A DNA stretch of 64,000 nt from Octopus vulgaris (GCA_951406725.2 OX597824.1:31868001-31932000); one strand, 5' to 3'. Counted from the first letter of the stretch, positions 12,570 to 26,926 are shown. Numbers and translations are program-made. Notes: generated from the letters alone by a model not told the origin.

Positions 12570-14566
12570 TTACATTTACATGGTGGTAGTCTTAATACTT
12601 CCCTGCATATAGTATTCACAAAGCTAAGTAATAGGCAAATAGTTGAAGCATAAGACTGAAGTATAATCTATTCTTAAGTATATAACATTTGCTTTTTGAG
12701 GAGTATTGTATGTGTGTTGGGGGGAGGCATGTGTGTTAGTGTGTGTGTGTGTGTGTGTGTGTGCAGTGAGTGTATGTGGGTGTGTGAGTGAGTGTGTGCA
12801 TGTGTGTGAGTGAGTGTGTGTGAGTGCATGAGGTGTGGGTGTGTATGAATGGGTGTATGCATGTTAGTGTGTGTGTGTGTGTGTGTGTGTGCAGTGAGTG
12901 TATGTGGGTGTGTGAGTGAGTGTGTGCATGTGTGTGAGTGCATGAGGTGTGGGTGTGTATGAATGGGTGTATGCATGTTAGTGTGTGTGTGTGTGTGTGT
13001 GTGCATGTCGCACGTGTGAATTGAGTGTGTGTGGGGGTGTGAATGAGTGTGTGCATGTGTGAGTGTACTTGAATGTGTGTGTGTGTGTGTGTACTTGAAT
13101 GTGTGCGTGTGTGAGTGTGTGTGTGAGTGTGTGTATGTGTGCACACGCATATGTGCATGCATACATGTGTGTGAGTGTTTTAGAGAATGTGATCCAGAAT
13201 TTAAATATGTAATATGGTAACTTTTTCCAAGATGTTTGAAGCATTCCATTGCTGCGTGAATTCATACCCACTACATGATCAGCCAAAATATTTCCCCAAC
13301 CAGAAAAGGAAAGCCTTATCTTTATGTTGATAGCTCTGACTATATGATATATGTTGTTACCATCTAATTAGTACAAGTTCTCTGTTGTATTTATGAGGTT
13401 AAAAAAAAGAATGTCAATTCTCTCCTCCTTCTCACTGTAGCTCTCCTCCTCTCATACTTTTTACTTTCTGTCCTTCTTTTACCTCATCTTCCTTCTCTCT
13501 TACTTCTCTCTGTTATAGTAATTATTTTCTCACTTGCATTACTCTGACCTTATTTATATTATATCACTCTACACAATGCTAAATTTCTCTTATTCCTCAC
13601 AGTGTAAAATATATTCCACTGTTTTAAAACTTGTGTTAACTTTTCCGTCATATTCTACTCTTTTACAGAATAAAAGAAGTATTTGCTGTGTTTTCAAATA
13701 CCATTCAAATATCATGGTGGCATTTAAAACAAGAAAAATAAGTAACACAAAAACTGTAGTTACATTACTTGACCATCTGAAACAAAGATGCTAAAGTTAC
13801 ATAACTTTACTAAAACAGCCTCTGTACTTCTGAATTAGCAAGCTAACCCACGGCACCTAATTATTCTCCTTTTGTTGTATCTTCCGCGACTTATACTCAC
13901 TGACATTATATTAAGCATTTTCACACCAACCTGTCCCCCCACAGTTTCAATTTTTCCTTTCCTCCCCATTTTTTTCCCTTTACAATCAAAAGTTCACACT
14001 GAACATATAAAGATTTCTCTAATCTGAGAATGCCAACAAGTTGGTATGGGATTTGTTCTGCTGTTATAGATTCCTCATTATTGTTTAATGTACATTTTCT
14101 TACTAGCATGGGATGGATGGATGGTTGGACAGGATCTGATGAACAGCAGAGCAGTGTCTGGTCCCAAAGTCAGCCTTGGCATGGTTTCTATAACTGGATG
14201 CCCTTTCTAATACCAACCACTTTACAGTGTGTACTGGGTGCTTTTTGTCATGCATTGTTGAGGTTGCTGAGTAACTTGCAAGACAAAATAAAGAAAGGAA
14301 AAGCCCTCTTGGTTAAATGGGAGCGTATTTGAGAGAGGAGGTGGTGGTTTTATCACAGGGGTTGAAAACTAAAGTATGAAGAAGGAAGGCAAGCACAAGT
14401 GTCTTGCTATAGATGAGATTCATAGCTACACTGCATTATGTGAGGATGACTGGTAGTAGTAGTAGGAAGAGAGATAAAGATAGTGGTAGCAGAGTACCAG
14501 AGTGCACTCTTCAAGGTAGAGGAAGATGAGTAAGAGAGAGAATATAATCTGTAGATCAGGTAGGAA

Positions 14567-14797
14567 GGCGGTGAGCTGGCAGAAATGTTAGCACGCCGGG
14601 CGAAATGCGTAGCCGTGTTTCGTCTGCCATTACGTTCTGAGTTCAAATTTCGCCGAGGTTGACTTTGCCTTTCATCCTTTCAGGGTCGATAAATTAAGTA
14701 CCAGTTACACACTGGGGTCGATATAATCGACTTAATCCATTTGTCTGTCCTTGTTTGTCCTCTCTGTGTCTAGCCCCTTGTGGGTAGTAAAGAAATA
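14567..14797 (+). mobile_element. tRNA-derived SINE family B (Meta-domain-like centre)
   Basis: ggtgagctggcagaa..gagttcaaat B box, central gactttgcctttcatcctt..ggtcgataaattaagtaccag. Confidence 0.8.
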
Positions 14798-16138
14798 TGT
14801 AGGAAGGAAGGATTAAAAAATCAAAATATTTATTGTTACTGGAAAAACCTTTAAAATTAGTGAAGGTAAAACACTGAAAATTGGGACTAGCACAGTCTAT
14901 TTTAAGATGGAGGAGTTAATGAAGGAACAAGGATTAAAGATTATATCATCAGAATATATCAATAGTTTCAGTGAGGCCCCAAGTAAAAAAAGACCATTTC
15001 AGCGAATTCTAATATCCCCTTCCTCATCCTACCTGTTGTTCACCTCACACTTAAGCAAACTTACCCATTCCCCTGTCCCCATCACCATCAAATTCATCCT
15101 CTTGAACCTTGAAGGTATGTCCTGACACCTCATCACCTCTCCTTTTTCCAACTGGGGTTACCATCTATCTCCCCAACAGCACCTGTTCCTATCTCTCAAT
15201 CATAATCTTGCCTTTTAGCACATGACAGCCTTCTCCCTCTATACTGCATCCACCTCAATGAAAGGGTCCTCTCTTGTGAGCTACTTAGCAACCTTATTAG
15301 TACTGGTAACATAAAAAAAAAGCACACAATACACTCTGTAAAGTGGTTGGCATTAGGAAGGGCATCCAACTGTAGAAACCATGCTAAAACAGACAATGGA
15401 GCCCAGTATGCTCCAGGCCTTACCAGCTTCTGTCAAACCATCCAACTCTTGCTAATATGGAAAATGAATGTTAAATGAGGATGATGATGACGATGATGAT
15501 GTTTATACCTAAAAAAGATGGAATGGTCATGAGTGAAAAGCCGTTGAGTATTGGACTGCTTGATAACATAGAAATTTGAGTTTAAAAGAACACTTCATTA
15601 ATAAGGAGCCAACAACTGAGGCTCTGTGAAGTCATTCAGTTTACTATAATTGGCAGCCCAACAGTAAATACACCTGGTTATAACAAATTTATCTTATATG
15701 AATAAATTTGTATCACATAAAACTTCACTTGTTAAGTATCTCTGCTGTTACAGCAAAGAACTATAACAAACAGTGGGGGCCGGAGAACTGAGCCCTGATG
15801 AATACCTACCAGCATGCTAAACTCTTTACTAATACATTGCCAACTGTTCCTTTGGTGGTGGCAACTGGCTCTCACAATCTTTTATCTCCACCTTGTTTTT
15901 TTATTAACGACTACTGCAACATGATATACGTAATGCAATGCATGGTGCCATGTAAAAAGTACTCATGTTGGTACCATTTTAAAAATACCCAGTATGCTCT
16001 ATGGAGTGATTGGCATTAGGAAGGACATCCAGTCATAGAAAGTATGCTGGGATGGACAGTGGTGCTTGGTATGGCCCATAAACTTACCAGCATCAGTCAA
16101 ACTGTCCAACCCATGAAAGCATGGAAAACAGACGTTAA

Positions 16139-16182
<44 letters not shown>

Positions 16183-17356
16183 ACCATTTCAGAGGTATTC
16201 TCCAGGTTGCTAAGTATGACTGGTTTACCCTCACCTTAGAACTTTTCTCATCTTAGAAGTTTTCCTGTGGTTGTGATATGCAACAGCCACACGCAAAAAC
16301 AAATCTCTTCATATTTTATAGTGATCACATGAAAAAGTCTTTGTGTGGGAGTGCATGTGTTTTGACGGTGTTAAAGGAAAACAAGTGATGTGAACTGAGT
16401 CAGAACAATCCTTTCTAACTTTGGTACAAAGCCAGCATTTATGAGGGGCGAGGGAAGTCAATTGCATCGACCCCAATGCTGAACTGGTACTTACTTCATT
16501 CACCTGCAAAAGAATAAAAAGTAAAGTTGACCTCAGTGGCACTTGACCACAGAACAAGAAGAGCTGGAAGCGACATCACTGAGGTAGAGCAAGGAAAATA
16601 AAAAAGACTCATAGGCAATATAATTGAAAGAGAAGAGAGGGGAAGGAAAAATGAAAATGTGCATTAATGACATGTTGTGCTTTGTGTTGGGGCAACAAAA
16701 CATTCCTTTTGTGTATCAGAGTTGTTCTCACATCCTTTTTTTTTTAATATATATATATATTTTTTCCTTTGTGCTTAAACTCGTTTCAAAAGCCCAAGGA
16801 TAGTATTTCATCCTGACACAAATCTGAACTCATTTTATCTAAATTAATTCTCTTCTTATTCAGCTTGCATTAAATAAGACTTTCTGTTTCAGTACCATGT
16901 CCATCAATTTGATGTTTCATATATATATAATATGTGTGTGTGTGCGCATTTAAGCTGGTATTGTTTATGCTGTCTTAGTATGTCCCAGCAACTTAGTGGA
17001 TTCACTAATAGAGGTTGTTAGGAAAGTAAGCTGTAAACTGTGAATACTGGGAGCTATTATAACAGATTAAACCTTCAAGGTTGTACTAGCATTGTTGGAG
17101 TTCAATGACAGAAATCAGTAAACGAATAAAGGTTTGAAAGTAAATAGGAAAGGGAGCGGGGTCCGAGTCAACTAATGAAAAGAAGAAGAAAAAAAGAGAC
17201 ATGGGCGGAATGATGGAGAGGAAGAGGGAGAGCAAGGAAAAATGAGGTGGTGCTTATTTAGTAATGATTCATTGGATTAATGTTGTAACAGCAATACCTC
17301 TCTCTCTTTCTATGTCTGTCTCTCCCTCTTTTTAGTATCTGTATTCATGTGTGTAA

Positions 17357-17586
17357 GGTGGCGAGCTGGCAGAAACGTTAGCACGCCGGGCGAAATGCTT
17401 CGCGGTTTTTCTCTGCCGCTACGTTCTGAGTTCAAAACTCTGCCGAGGTCGACTTTGCCTTTCATCCTTTTGGGGTCAATAAATTAAGTACCAGTTGCAC
17501 ACTGGGGCTGATATAATCGACTTGATCCGTTTGTCTGTCTTTGTTTGTCTTCTCTGTGTTTAGCCCTTTGTGGGTAGTAAAGAAAT
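17357..17586 (+). mobile_element. SINE family B copy
   Basis: Colinear with 14567-14797. Confidence 0.8.
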
Positions 17587-17602
17587 ATGTATTCATGTGC
17601 GT

Positions 17603-17633
<31 letters not shown>

Positions 17634-18297
17634 CACAGATATATTTGCTCATGAATAAACCTATTTAAAAACAACATTGAATTTTAATAATTCCAACCTT
17701 ATTTTCTTTACTTTCTCTTTATCTAATATGTATTAAGTAAACATGACTCTGTGCCAATTACGGCATTTCAGTGGACCTTAGAAAAGCTTGGTAGTGCCCA
17801 TCTCCTCTCTAAGTGTTCAGTCCCTCACTAAGTTTACCCTGCCAGTTGAAGCAGTTACCAGGGTGAGGTTGAGAATGGTCTGTGAAACTCCTAGAATTTG
17901 CTAGCACTCACAAGCTGACCTTAACCAACACTCTGTTCCCTCACAGGACCCCATGCAGAACAACATAGCATGCACCGAAAAGCAAAACTCACAACCAGAT
18001 TGACTTCATTCTTGGGCCTCAAAAGTTCAAGTACTGCATCAAGAAGGCTAGGACTAGGTCTTTCCTTGGTGTTGGTGTCGACAGTGATCATAATTTGGTC
18101 TTACTGACAATGAGGCTCAAACTGAAAAGGACTTTGTAGCATGACTGCATTAGCATTAGCTTAAAACATACATTTTTAATCTCAGGTAGGCTCAAATGAC
18201 CCTGTAAGTTTACAGCTCTACTTAGTTTCTGATTGGTCGAATAAATAGGCTCCCTCTAACAGGAGCTCTCCACTACATCTGATTGTCCCTTATATAT

Positions 18298-18528
18298 ATT
18301 TCTTTATTGCTCACAAGGGGTTAAACATAGAGGAGACAAACAAGGACAGACAAACAGATTAAGTCGATTACATCAACCCCAGTGCGTAACTGGTACTTTA
18401 TTTATCGACCCCAAAAGGATGAAAGGCAAAGTCGACTTCGGCGGAACTTGAACTCACAACGTAACGACAGACGAAATACGGCTACGCATTTCGCCCAGCG
18501 TGCTAACGTTTCTGCCAGCTCGCCACCT
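18298..18528 (-). mobile_element. SINE family B copy
   Basis: Reverse complement of 14567-14797. Confidence 0.8.
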
Positions 18529-19869
18529 TGTTGTCCCTTATATAATGTGGCTGGCACCATGCTTAATTGAGTTCCTTTCTCTTCATTTCTCTGAAGGACT
18601 CCTGGCTGGTAGTTTGGTTCTATCATATAGGCGCTGGCATCTCACATACATGAACAACCCTTCTTCCACGTGCGCCAGCAGAATCAACCAAACTCAATGC
18701 CATTATCTCATGCTTACTAGAAACATTTCTATCAAGATTCTTTCTATGTACACAAAGCATATCTAATGTCTTCATGCTTTCATTCATTCACCACTACCAC
18801 ACTATAGACAACTCTATAAGAACACAAAACACTTCTTCACCAGAACCCTTGTACATGACATTAACATTGTACATAACTCACTGATGTGAATAAACTTTAC
18901 TATTGAACAAGTTGAGTTTTGTCCATCAATTTTTGTATACCAATTACTATTGAACTAACACACAGACACGGTGATCAACAAGCTACCACCACCAACATTG
19001 TCACAGACTGTGAACACTCCACCCTGTTATAGCAACAATCTACACAGATAGTGAACTCACCACACTGGTGATACCATCACTAAACTGATGACCGAATTTT
19101 ACATTTAATTAGTGAGTCAAAAACCCATTAAAACTCAAATAAAAAAGTCACATGTATTAAGTTTGACATAGACCAACTGAAAGATTCCAGGGTTGCAGTG
19201 GTGTTTGGGGCAAAAGTGGGTGGCTTTTAGAAGAAAAAATAAACTCTCTAACATCAAGGAAACACTTCAGGAAATGGCTCTAGAAATGTTAGTGCAAAGG
19301 AGGAAAAAGGAAACCATTGTTCACTGATAGCATCTTGGACCTATGTTACTTAAGACAGGACCTGAGGAAAGTCAAGCAGCTTCAGTGACCATATAGAGGC
19401 TCTCTCATTAGCCCAGATTAATTTACAATGTTGTTATTTAATCCTAGGTCATACATATTTATCAACCAAACTTATGATTCTGTGGGTGAATGCTTGGATA
19501 TTATAACATTTGTGTATTTGTTGAGATCGGCTGTGAATTGAACCTGAGTCTTTGGACTCAATTTATGAGCACAGCAGCTACACTACATCACTGTTATTAA
19601 TTCCTTACAAGGTTAGGTTCAAAACATCATCTTTATCAGGATATGAAAATGATAAATTGGTGATAAGCACAAAGATCACAGAAAGTATATTAAGCAAAAT
19701 AATTGATATGACTGAAAATTACTACAGATATTAACTCTAACATCATCAAGAAGTAAGAAACAATGGAGAAATAGTGAAATATTTTGACAGAATAAAAATC
19801 TGTGGAATATATATATATATATATATATACAACCTGAACATTAGCTTTAAGGTTCATCCAAAGCTGGGA

Positions 19870-20185
19870 CCACGGACCATATGTCCCTTGACCAATTCAG
19901 GATCAGAACATATAAGTACCCTGCGACACAATTTCTTTTACTCAACAGGCCCTGCCCTGTTTAACATTGTCCCAAAACTGACCAAAGAGGAAAAGGATTC
20001 TATCACCTTTAAACGGAGTCTGGACAAATTTCTTCAAGGAATACCAGATAAGCTACTGATACAACTCACTCAACAAGAACTCACTACTTGAATGGAGCAT
20101 GATATCACAAAACTTGACTTAAAAAGGATTTAGATAATCCTATCAGGTGGTTCTATTAAGTTAGACATAGCCTGGACCAATCTTT
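19870..20185 (+). mobile_element. 3' fragment of CR1/L2-group LINE
   Basis: GPALFNIVPK..FKRSLDKFLQGIPD matches the LINE C-terminal motif seen at 55330-55596. Confidence 0.55.
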
Positions 20186-20244
20186 GGTCAAAACACATAT
20201 AAGTTTATATATACATATATATTGATATATAAGTATTTATGTAT

Positions 20245-20287
<43 letters not shown>

Positions 20288-20493
20288 GTGAAATAGAAAG
20301 ATGAATAATCTTGTAGTAGATTAATCAAAAGTTTAACCGATACCTTAGTAGCAAAAATCACAGCAGTAAACAGCACGGTTGGAGGTACAACCATATGGTG
20401 TTGCAACCGTGCGTTGGTGCGGATAATTGAAATTAAAACATTATTGGTGAATTGAAGAAATGGAGCTGAACGCAGATTGAACAGAAATCGTTT

Positions 20494-20587
20494 TATTTCA
20501 TTCTACACGTGTTTCGAAAGGCACAAATTACCAAAATCCGATTGAATAATGGGACCATATTGTGTCTATCTCTTCAGGAAGAAAATA
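20494..20587 (-). ncRNA. Type I hammerhead ribozyme, intact core
   Basis: tattttcttc CTGAAGA gatagacacaa...ttgtgcctttc GAAAC ACGT GTA^ gaatgaaata; perfectly palindromic stem III ACACGTGT. Confidence 0.82.
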
Positions 20588-21296
20588 GGAAATCCGTTGG
20601 AAAAACAAAAACAGAACAGAGGCGGAGCAAAAACAAATCGAACTATGCTCCTAAGAGCCCATGGCGAAACTGTTTATCAGTGTATGTTGAGAACTGGTGG
20701 CTGAAGAATTTAACGGGTCAGGCATCGGTCAATCATGTGGGTGAGGGTGTGTGGGTGTTCTTTGTGACCGAGAATAAAGTTCTGACTATTTAAGGAATAT
20801 TGGATGTTTTATAAGGGGCGAGAAAAAATCTACTTAGAGACGTGTGTGTGTGTATACTGTTCTATATATGTGTGTGTTGGCGTAGGGGTAGAAAACATTT
20901 TTTGTGTACGTGTGTGTGTTTGATCGTTCAGCTGTCAGTGGCTACTGCCGCGAGAACCGTTGGGTGGCAAAAAAAAAATATATATATTATGTTTTATGTG
21001 TGTGTGTGTTCATCTAAGCCTGCCTTGTCAAGGAAACCCCCCGCTGTGAAAAAACCAAGCCCCGTTTGTCTTACAGGAGTAATTCCCCTTGCAGTGGTTA
21101 ATCGTAGATATCTTAAAGGCTATTTCAGAATTTGTTACCAAGGGCTATGGGTGCCGGTATTATTTATAAACGCTATTTAAAAGCCACCGGTTCTCAACAT
21201 ACACTGATAAACAGTTTCGCCATGGGCTCTTAGGAGCATAGTTCGATTTGTTTTTGCTCCGCCTCTGTTCTGTTTTTGTTTTTCCAACGGATTTCC

Positions 21297-21390
21297 TATT
21301 TTCTTCCTGAAGAGATAGACACAATATGGTCCCATTATTCAATCGGATTTTGGTAATTTGTGCCTTTCGAAACACGTGCAGAATGAAATA
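21297..21390 (+). ncRNA. Inverted copy of the same HHR with cleavage triplet mutated GTA to GCA
   Basis: CTGAAGA at 21307-21313, GAAACACGTGCA at 21369-21380. Confidence 0.7.
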
Positions 21391-21480
21391 AAACGATTTC
21401 TGTTCAATCTGCGTTCAGCTCCATTTCTTCAATTCACCAATAATGTTTTATATATATATATATATATATAAATATATAGG

Positions 21481-21816
21481 GTAAGGGTAAAGACCCCCTT
21501 CGGTCATGAATGACCATGGGATTGCACCTAGAAAGTTACCCTCCTAGACACAAGTCTGGGCATGGTTGTTTATGGAAGACCAGCAGTCGCCCATGCATAC
21601 CAGCCTCCCCTCTCCACGCCACCAGTGTTATCCAAGGGAAAGACAAAGGTCGATACAGCTTGGCACCAGTGACGTCGCAACTCATTTCTACAGCTGAGTG
21701 AACTGGAGCAACGTGAAATAAAGTGCCTTGCTCAAGAACACAACACGCAGCCCGGTCCGGGATTCGAGTTCACAACCTCACGATCGTAAGCTCGACGCTC
21801 TAACCACTGAGCCATG
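21481..21816 (-). mobile_element. tRNA-derived CORE-type SINE family E
   Basis: Head tggctcagtggttagagc..tcgaatccc, CORE-like tgtgttcttgagcaaggcactttatttc. Confidence 0.8.
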
Positions 21817-22364
21817 TATTGATATATAAATATATATATATATAAAGATATATATATATATAGATGAAAGAAGGTTTGAAAATGCAATTTTAAAAGATGT
21901 TTATTCACTTGACCCGTCAGTCCATCTCAAATTCTTTGTAAACTCCTAAATGTATCTCCTTTTGTGTATATATATATATACCACCAAAATATGACCTTTT
22001 TGAACTCATAAATTTCTGTGTATATATAAAGATACTTCCAAACAGACATCATTTTTAATGAAATCCTAATATTTTTTATGAACTTTTTAATATTTTCTCA
22101 AGATTTTTCCTGTAAACTGTTCTTAACATTTTCTTATTATTATCAAAGAATGTATATATGTATTGTAATATTTTGTGACAACCAGTATTTAACACAAAAA
22201 AGGTCTTACAAAGCTTTCACATTTTACTTTTGACAATCTTATTTTTAATGAAATCCTAATATTTTTAATGAACTTTTTAATATTTTCTAAGGTTTTTACT
22301 TGTAAACTGTTTTTAACATTTTCTTATTATTATATGTAACTATTTTGTTTTAACTATTTTAAAG

Positions 22365-25300
22365 TGTTTCAGCTGTATGGCTGCAGTCATGCTGGGGCAC
22401 CACTGTTGACTGAGCTGCACCACTATTTGGAATGTGCTCTGATCTGTGGCATCTGGTCAATGAGGGAATTTGATGCTGCAGCCCTCATCTGTGTTCCCTA
22501 CCATGAGGTAGGTTCCTCTAGAACTCGTAACAGGAAGATATCCAGTTTTGCTTTAAGGACACTTACATCTACACTACACAGGTCTCTCTGGCATTTTGGA
22601 AATATATCAAAGAGGTGTGGGCCCTTGAAGACCAAGCTGATGCAGTATCTGGTTCTGTATTTTGATGGTGATTCTGGGATCTTTGGCACTATGCAGTGGT
22701 GCCCCATTCTGCAGTTTGAGTAACTTTCAATGCCAAAGTTTGGTACAAGGCCTTCTAGGATATTCCAGATGTATATCACTGCATATCTCTCTCGCCTTCA
22801 TTCCAGGAAGAAGACTTTTAATTCTTTCAATCTTTCCTAGTAGCTGATACGTTGTATCAAGATGATTTTCTTAGTGTAGTTTCGTTGGATTGCTTCGAGT
22901 TCCACCATGGGTTTTATAGTGTGTGGTGACCATTGTTGGGAGCAGTAGTCCAAGTGGATGAGAATGTATGTCCTCCAAAAGATCACTAAAGTCTCTTTTT
23001 CTCTTGTTTTGAAATTTCGGAGGATCCATCCAGCTAGCTGTCTGCATTTTATTACTAAATTTGTATTATGCACTTGGAAAGATGCATCATTGCTCATGTA
23101 AATGCCCAGGTCACACACTAATTTTAATTCAAGGATTTCAGTTTCTCTTGGTCCAGTGTATCCTGTCTGCATGTCATTTAATTTTGTGTGCTGGTAGCGT
23201 AGGGCCTGGAATTTTCTTGCATTAAACAGCATGTTGTTGCCCTCAGCCCACATGTATACTGCGTCCAACTTCCATTGCAGATGTACAATGTTTCCAGGAT
23301 TTTGCATTGTCTGAAAGACTTTTGTGTCATCTGCATAGCTAGCAAGGATGGCTATCTGTGCAGCCGAGGGCATGTCTGAGAGGGCCACTATGAATAGCAG
23401 TGACCCCCAAGACAGTGCCCTATGGAACACCACTTGCAATTTGTATTTCTTTGGATCTGGCTCCATAGGCCACTACTGTCTGACATCTATCCCTTAGAAA
23501 TTGGTGCAGCTATTCTCCAAGTTTTCCACATATGCCAAGATCATGCAGTTTGTGACATACCATACCATGGTCAACTTTATCACAGGATTTTGCAAAGTTG
23601 GGATATATCATATTCATGCTCAAGTCATTCAGCAGCTGTTTTAACACCCAGTGTAGTGTTGCAGGAGAAAATTCAGACAGCTTCTACCTGGACGAAATCC
23701 ATGTGGGGTGTCAGTCAGCAAGTCATTTTCTTCTAGAAACGTGATTAGTTTCTTGCAGACTATTCATTCCATGACTTTACTGATGTGTGAGGTCAGAGAG
23801 ATAGGCCTATAGTTTTCGGCATCTGGTCTGCTTCTTCCCTTTATGGATAAGGTATATTATCCCTTTCTTCAGTTTTTCTGGGAGTTTAAAACTTGCAAGG
23901 ATGCTCTGGAAGAGAATCTGCAGTGGTTTTGTAAGGGCTTGCTTGCATGATTTGAGTAGGACCACTGGATATTCATCTGAGCCAGCCACTGAGTTTGTAT
24001 TAACTTCATCTATGGCCAATATTATATCTTCTTCTTCAATGTTTATGTACTAAATTTTTTTAACCTCTTTGGTTTTAAGTAATGTGGCAAAGAGTTCTGC
24101 TGGTTTGTTTACTTGTCTGTGTCCCAGCAGTATAGTGAACACACTTTGGAACTGTTCGTTCAGTATTTCACTTATGGGGTTTCCTGTGAGGGAGCCATCT
24201 TTTTGGAAGAGGGGTCCTGTCTTGTGGCATATTGAGGCTGTTTCTTTGTCAAACTTAAAGAAAGCTTTAGGGTTTGACTTGATATTTTCTATAACCCAAG
24301 CTTCTTTATTTGCTCCCTCCTTTTCATGAGATTGATTCAGATGTTTCTCACTACTTTGGGGATGTTTGCTCAGGCAGTTCTTAATCTTTGTCCAACGTCT
24401 CAAAAGAATCTTCCTTTCTCTGTGGATCCTGTTTTGGTGTATGTTGGCCTTGCACAATGGGACTGATTTGTTACATATGGCTTGTAATATAGACATGAAA
24501 TGTTTGTGTTTCATGTCAATATCTGGTGTGGAGAGACATTTAGGCCAATCCTGTTTGAGGATCTCTTTCTCAATCAGCTTCCAATTTTCTTTGTGAAAGT
24601 TTAGTTTGGAGAGATTTTGGGTGCTTCGTATAGGCTGTATGTCTGCAGGAGCTTTTGGACCATACATAGACAGCTCTATTATATTGTGATCCGAGATCAG
24701 TGTCAGTGTCAATTTAACATTATGGATAATGTCCCTATTGTTTGTGAAGCAGAGATTCAGTATATTATTTGATCTGGTTGGTTGCAGCACAATTTGTTCC
24801 ATGAAAGAGGCATTGGTAAGGTGGAGCAGGGACTCTGCCTGTGCTTGCTGTTAACGTGTCATTCTTGGGGGAATCTGGCCTCCAGGCCATCCCATGTTTG
24901 GGAAGTTAATGTCACCTAAAAGGAATACATTAATGTGTTGTTCCAGTTTGATGAGAACTTCTCTTATCTTTGTTAGGTAGTCTTCAAATTTGCCCGTATG
25001 ACTCGGAGCATCTGGTGGGTGATATGTAGTACATATAACAAAATTAAGTTGTCATATGTGTTCAATTTGAGTGTCACACACTGAATTAGAATATGACAAC
25101 ATATTCTAATAGATGTATTTCTGCATCCCCTATATCAAGTCTAAGATGCATTTCTACAAGTGCCATGCATAAAGCTTAATTGCATGCCACAAGGTCTCTC
25201 AGGAACAAGATTTTTGATTTACAGTTGCCATGCAACAACCTATATTCAAAAGAAATATCTTTGTGATATGTGCGTTGGTGTTAGTGGTGGACCATTCTGT

Positions 25301-25820
25301 ATCTGTTGTTGGTGATGGCCTTGTGTGGTGGCAGGCATAGCTCCTGGTTTGGGTTTGAAGCCAGGTCAGTTGCTGGACAATCTTTTGTATCATGCACAAA
25401 AAAGATTGCTGTTCAGCTGCTGCCCTTTTCACGTCTGGGTGAAGCTGGCCGTTTGCTTGGTCATGCACTACATCTGCATATCATCTTCCGGAGGTAGACA
25501 GTGCACTATTTTTACATTTCTATTGCCTTTCCTTCTGTCCTCCTCAGGGAAGGGAGTGTTGTCTGGGGCCCATGTGGTTTTGGCAGACCTTCTGGTGTGC
25601 AAAGCGACAGTTTGCACAATAATCACTGTACCAGCAGTGTCCTTGCAGGTAGAATTTGTGAGTGCTCCTGCTTTTGCCCTTCAACTCCTATAGCTTCTGT
25701 TGGGGGTCCTCCATTTCTTACCAGTATTTTCGATTGTTTCTTCTTTCCTTTCTTTGACTCTTCGTTCTTCTTTACTTTTGTTTTGTTGGGTTTGTGTTCA
25801 TCTTGCCTCTGATATAGCAG
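22365..25820 (-). mobile_element. Decayed CR1/L2-group LINE (ORF1 remnant, APE endonuclease, RT)
   Basis: PTRSNNILNLCF and SDHNII (APE); YRPISLTSH-like, YADDTK, DLGI, HLDYCSQQWSP, LEAIQR. Cys/His-rich upstream remnant at 25200-25820. Confidence 0.88.
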
Positions 25821-26845
25821 ACCCATTGCATACTTTTATTGTTAGCTTGATGAATTGCTAACTTCAAGACATAGTGGGACACAATACACAATTTAACAAC
25901 AAATGAAAACACATGCACATACATGCTAGGTGCAAGATTGAGTGTGTGGTCGAGAAGTTTGTTTCTCAATATTCAGTCTCTCTGCATGGTACCATGGGCA
26001 AGTGTTTCCTACTATAGCCCCAGGCCAACTATAGACTTGTGACTGAATTTGGTAGACAGAAACTGCAGTATTGTTCATCAGAAAATGACTGACAAACATG
26101 TTTATAAAGAAAATTTGTTTGCTTCATACTCCTCTTGTGCCGATTCTGCCCATAAGAAAGGAACAAATAATACTATGTGGCTGTAGGTCATAACACCTGG
26201 GCAACACTGGGGTGCATTGCTAATACAATAATAAGTTATGAAGAATGAGACATCATAGAAATAAAAGGTGGTAAACGTTTTATTGGATGATTTAAAAAAG
26301 AGCCATGCAACAAAAATAATAAATGGTTGGTTCAGTGAAGGTAGCAAAATAAGGACAATGTTAAAGGCAAACAACACAAAAAATCATAGAACACAGTTTA
26401 ACCCTTTGAGTCCTGACCTCTTGAATCTTATTTGATAATATGCCTGGCTTCTTGATGCACTCCACTGGTAGAGCACTGCTACAATACAGAGAAAAATAAG
26501 CCATCCACTGGTAAACCAGTGCTATGGGCTCAAAGGGTCAAAAGACATTTGGTATTAAACAGTAGTTATACAGAAAGCTATATCAATAGGGTTACTTTTG
26601 TATATGTGAAAATGAAATAAAGTTGCCAAGGTCTATTAACTCAAACATTTGAATACAAAGGGATTGTAGTTGTATTAAGTATGCCACAAAGTTTTTATTG
26701 TAAGACAATATAATAGGTAGATTGATTTAGAATATCTTGGTTAGTTTTGCAGAATAGACATTTTTAAATTTGAATACAAACACTGGTAAGTTTTAAAATA
26801 TATATTGTTCTTAAAAAATTCTCAGTTTAACAAAATATGTAAATT

Positions 26846-26926
26846 TTATGCTTGAAGTATATATGCTGGAGGAGTAGTGAACGCCTGGCCGGATTGCATG
26901 TCAACATTACTAGTAGTTTGTACAAC
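26846..26926 (-). CDS. MS4A-like gene, last coding exon (VVQTTSNVDMQSGQAFTTPPAYILQA*)
   Basis: tatattttacag acceptor, phase 0, PPAY (PPxY) motif, TAA at 26848-26846. Minus-strand AATAAA near 26694-26699. Confidence 0.75.
   Translation of the reverse strand, partial: VVQTTSNVDMQSGQAFTTPPAYILQA

Larger units (their letters stand above)
20284..21450. mobile_element. Truncated PLE-like insertion with inverted pseudo-LTR
   Basis: 269-bp inverted arms at 20434-20702 and 21182-21450 (2 mismatches seen), an HHR in each arm, (TA)n at both outer ends. Confidence 0.8.

Noticed and set aside
20509-21375. Duplicated MFRKAQ.. ORFs
   Set aside because: Antisense readings of the inverted HHR-bearing repeat; no coding features.
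26150-26222. Extra minus-strand exon downstream of the MS4A-like stop
   Set aside because: Weak acceptor, no convincing frame, and it lies beyond the stop codon and polyA signal.
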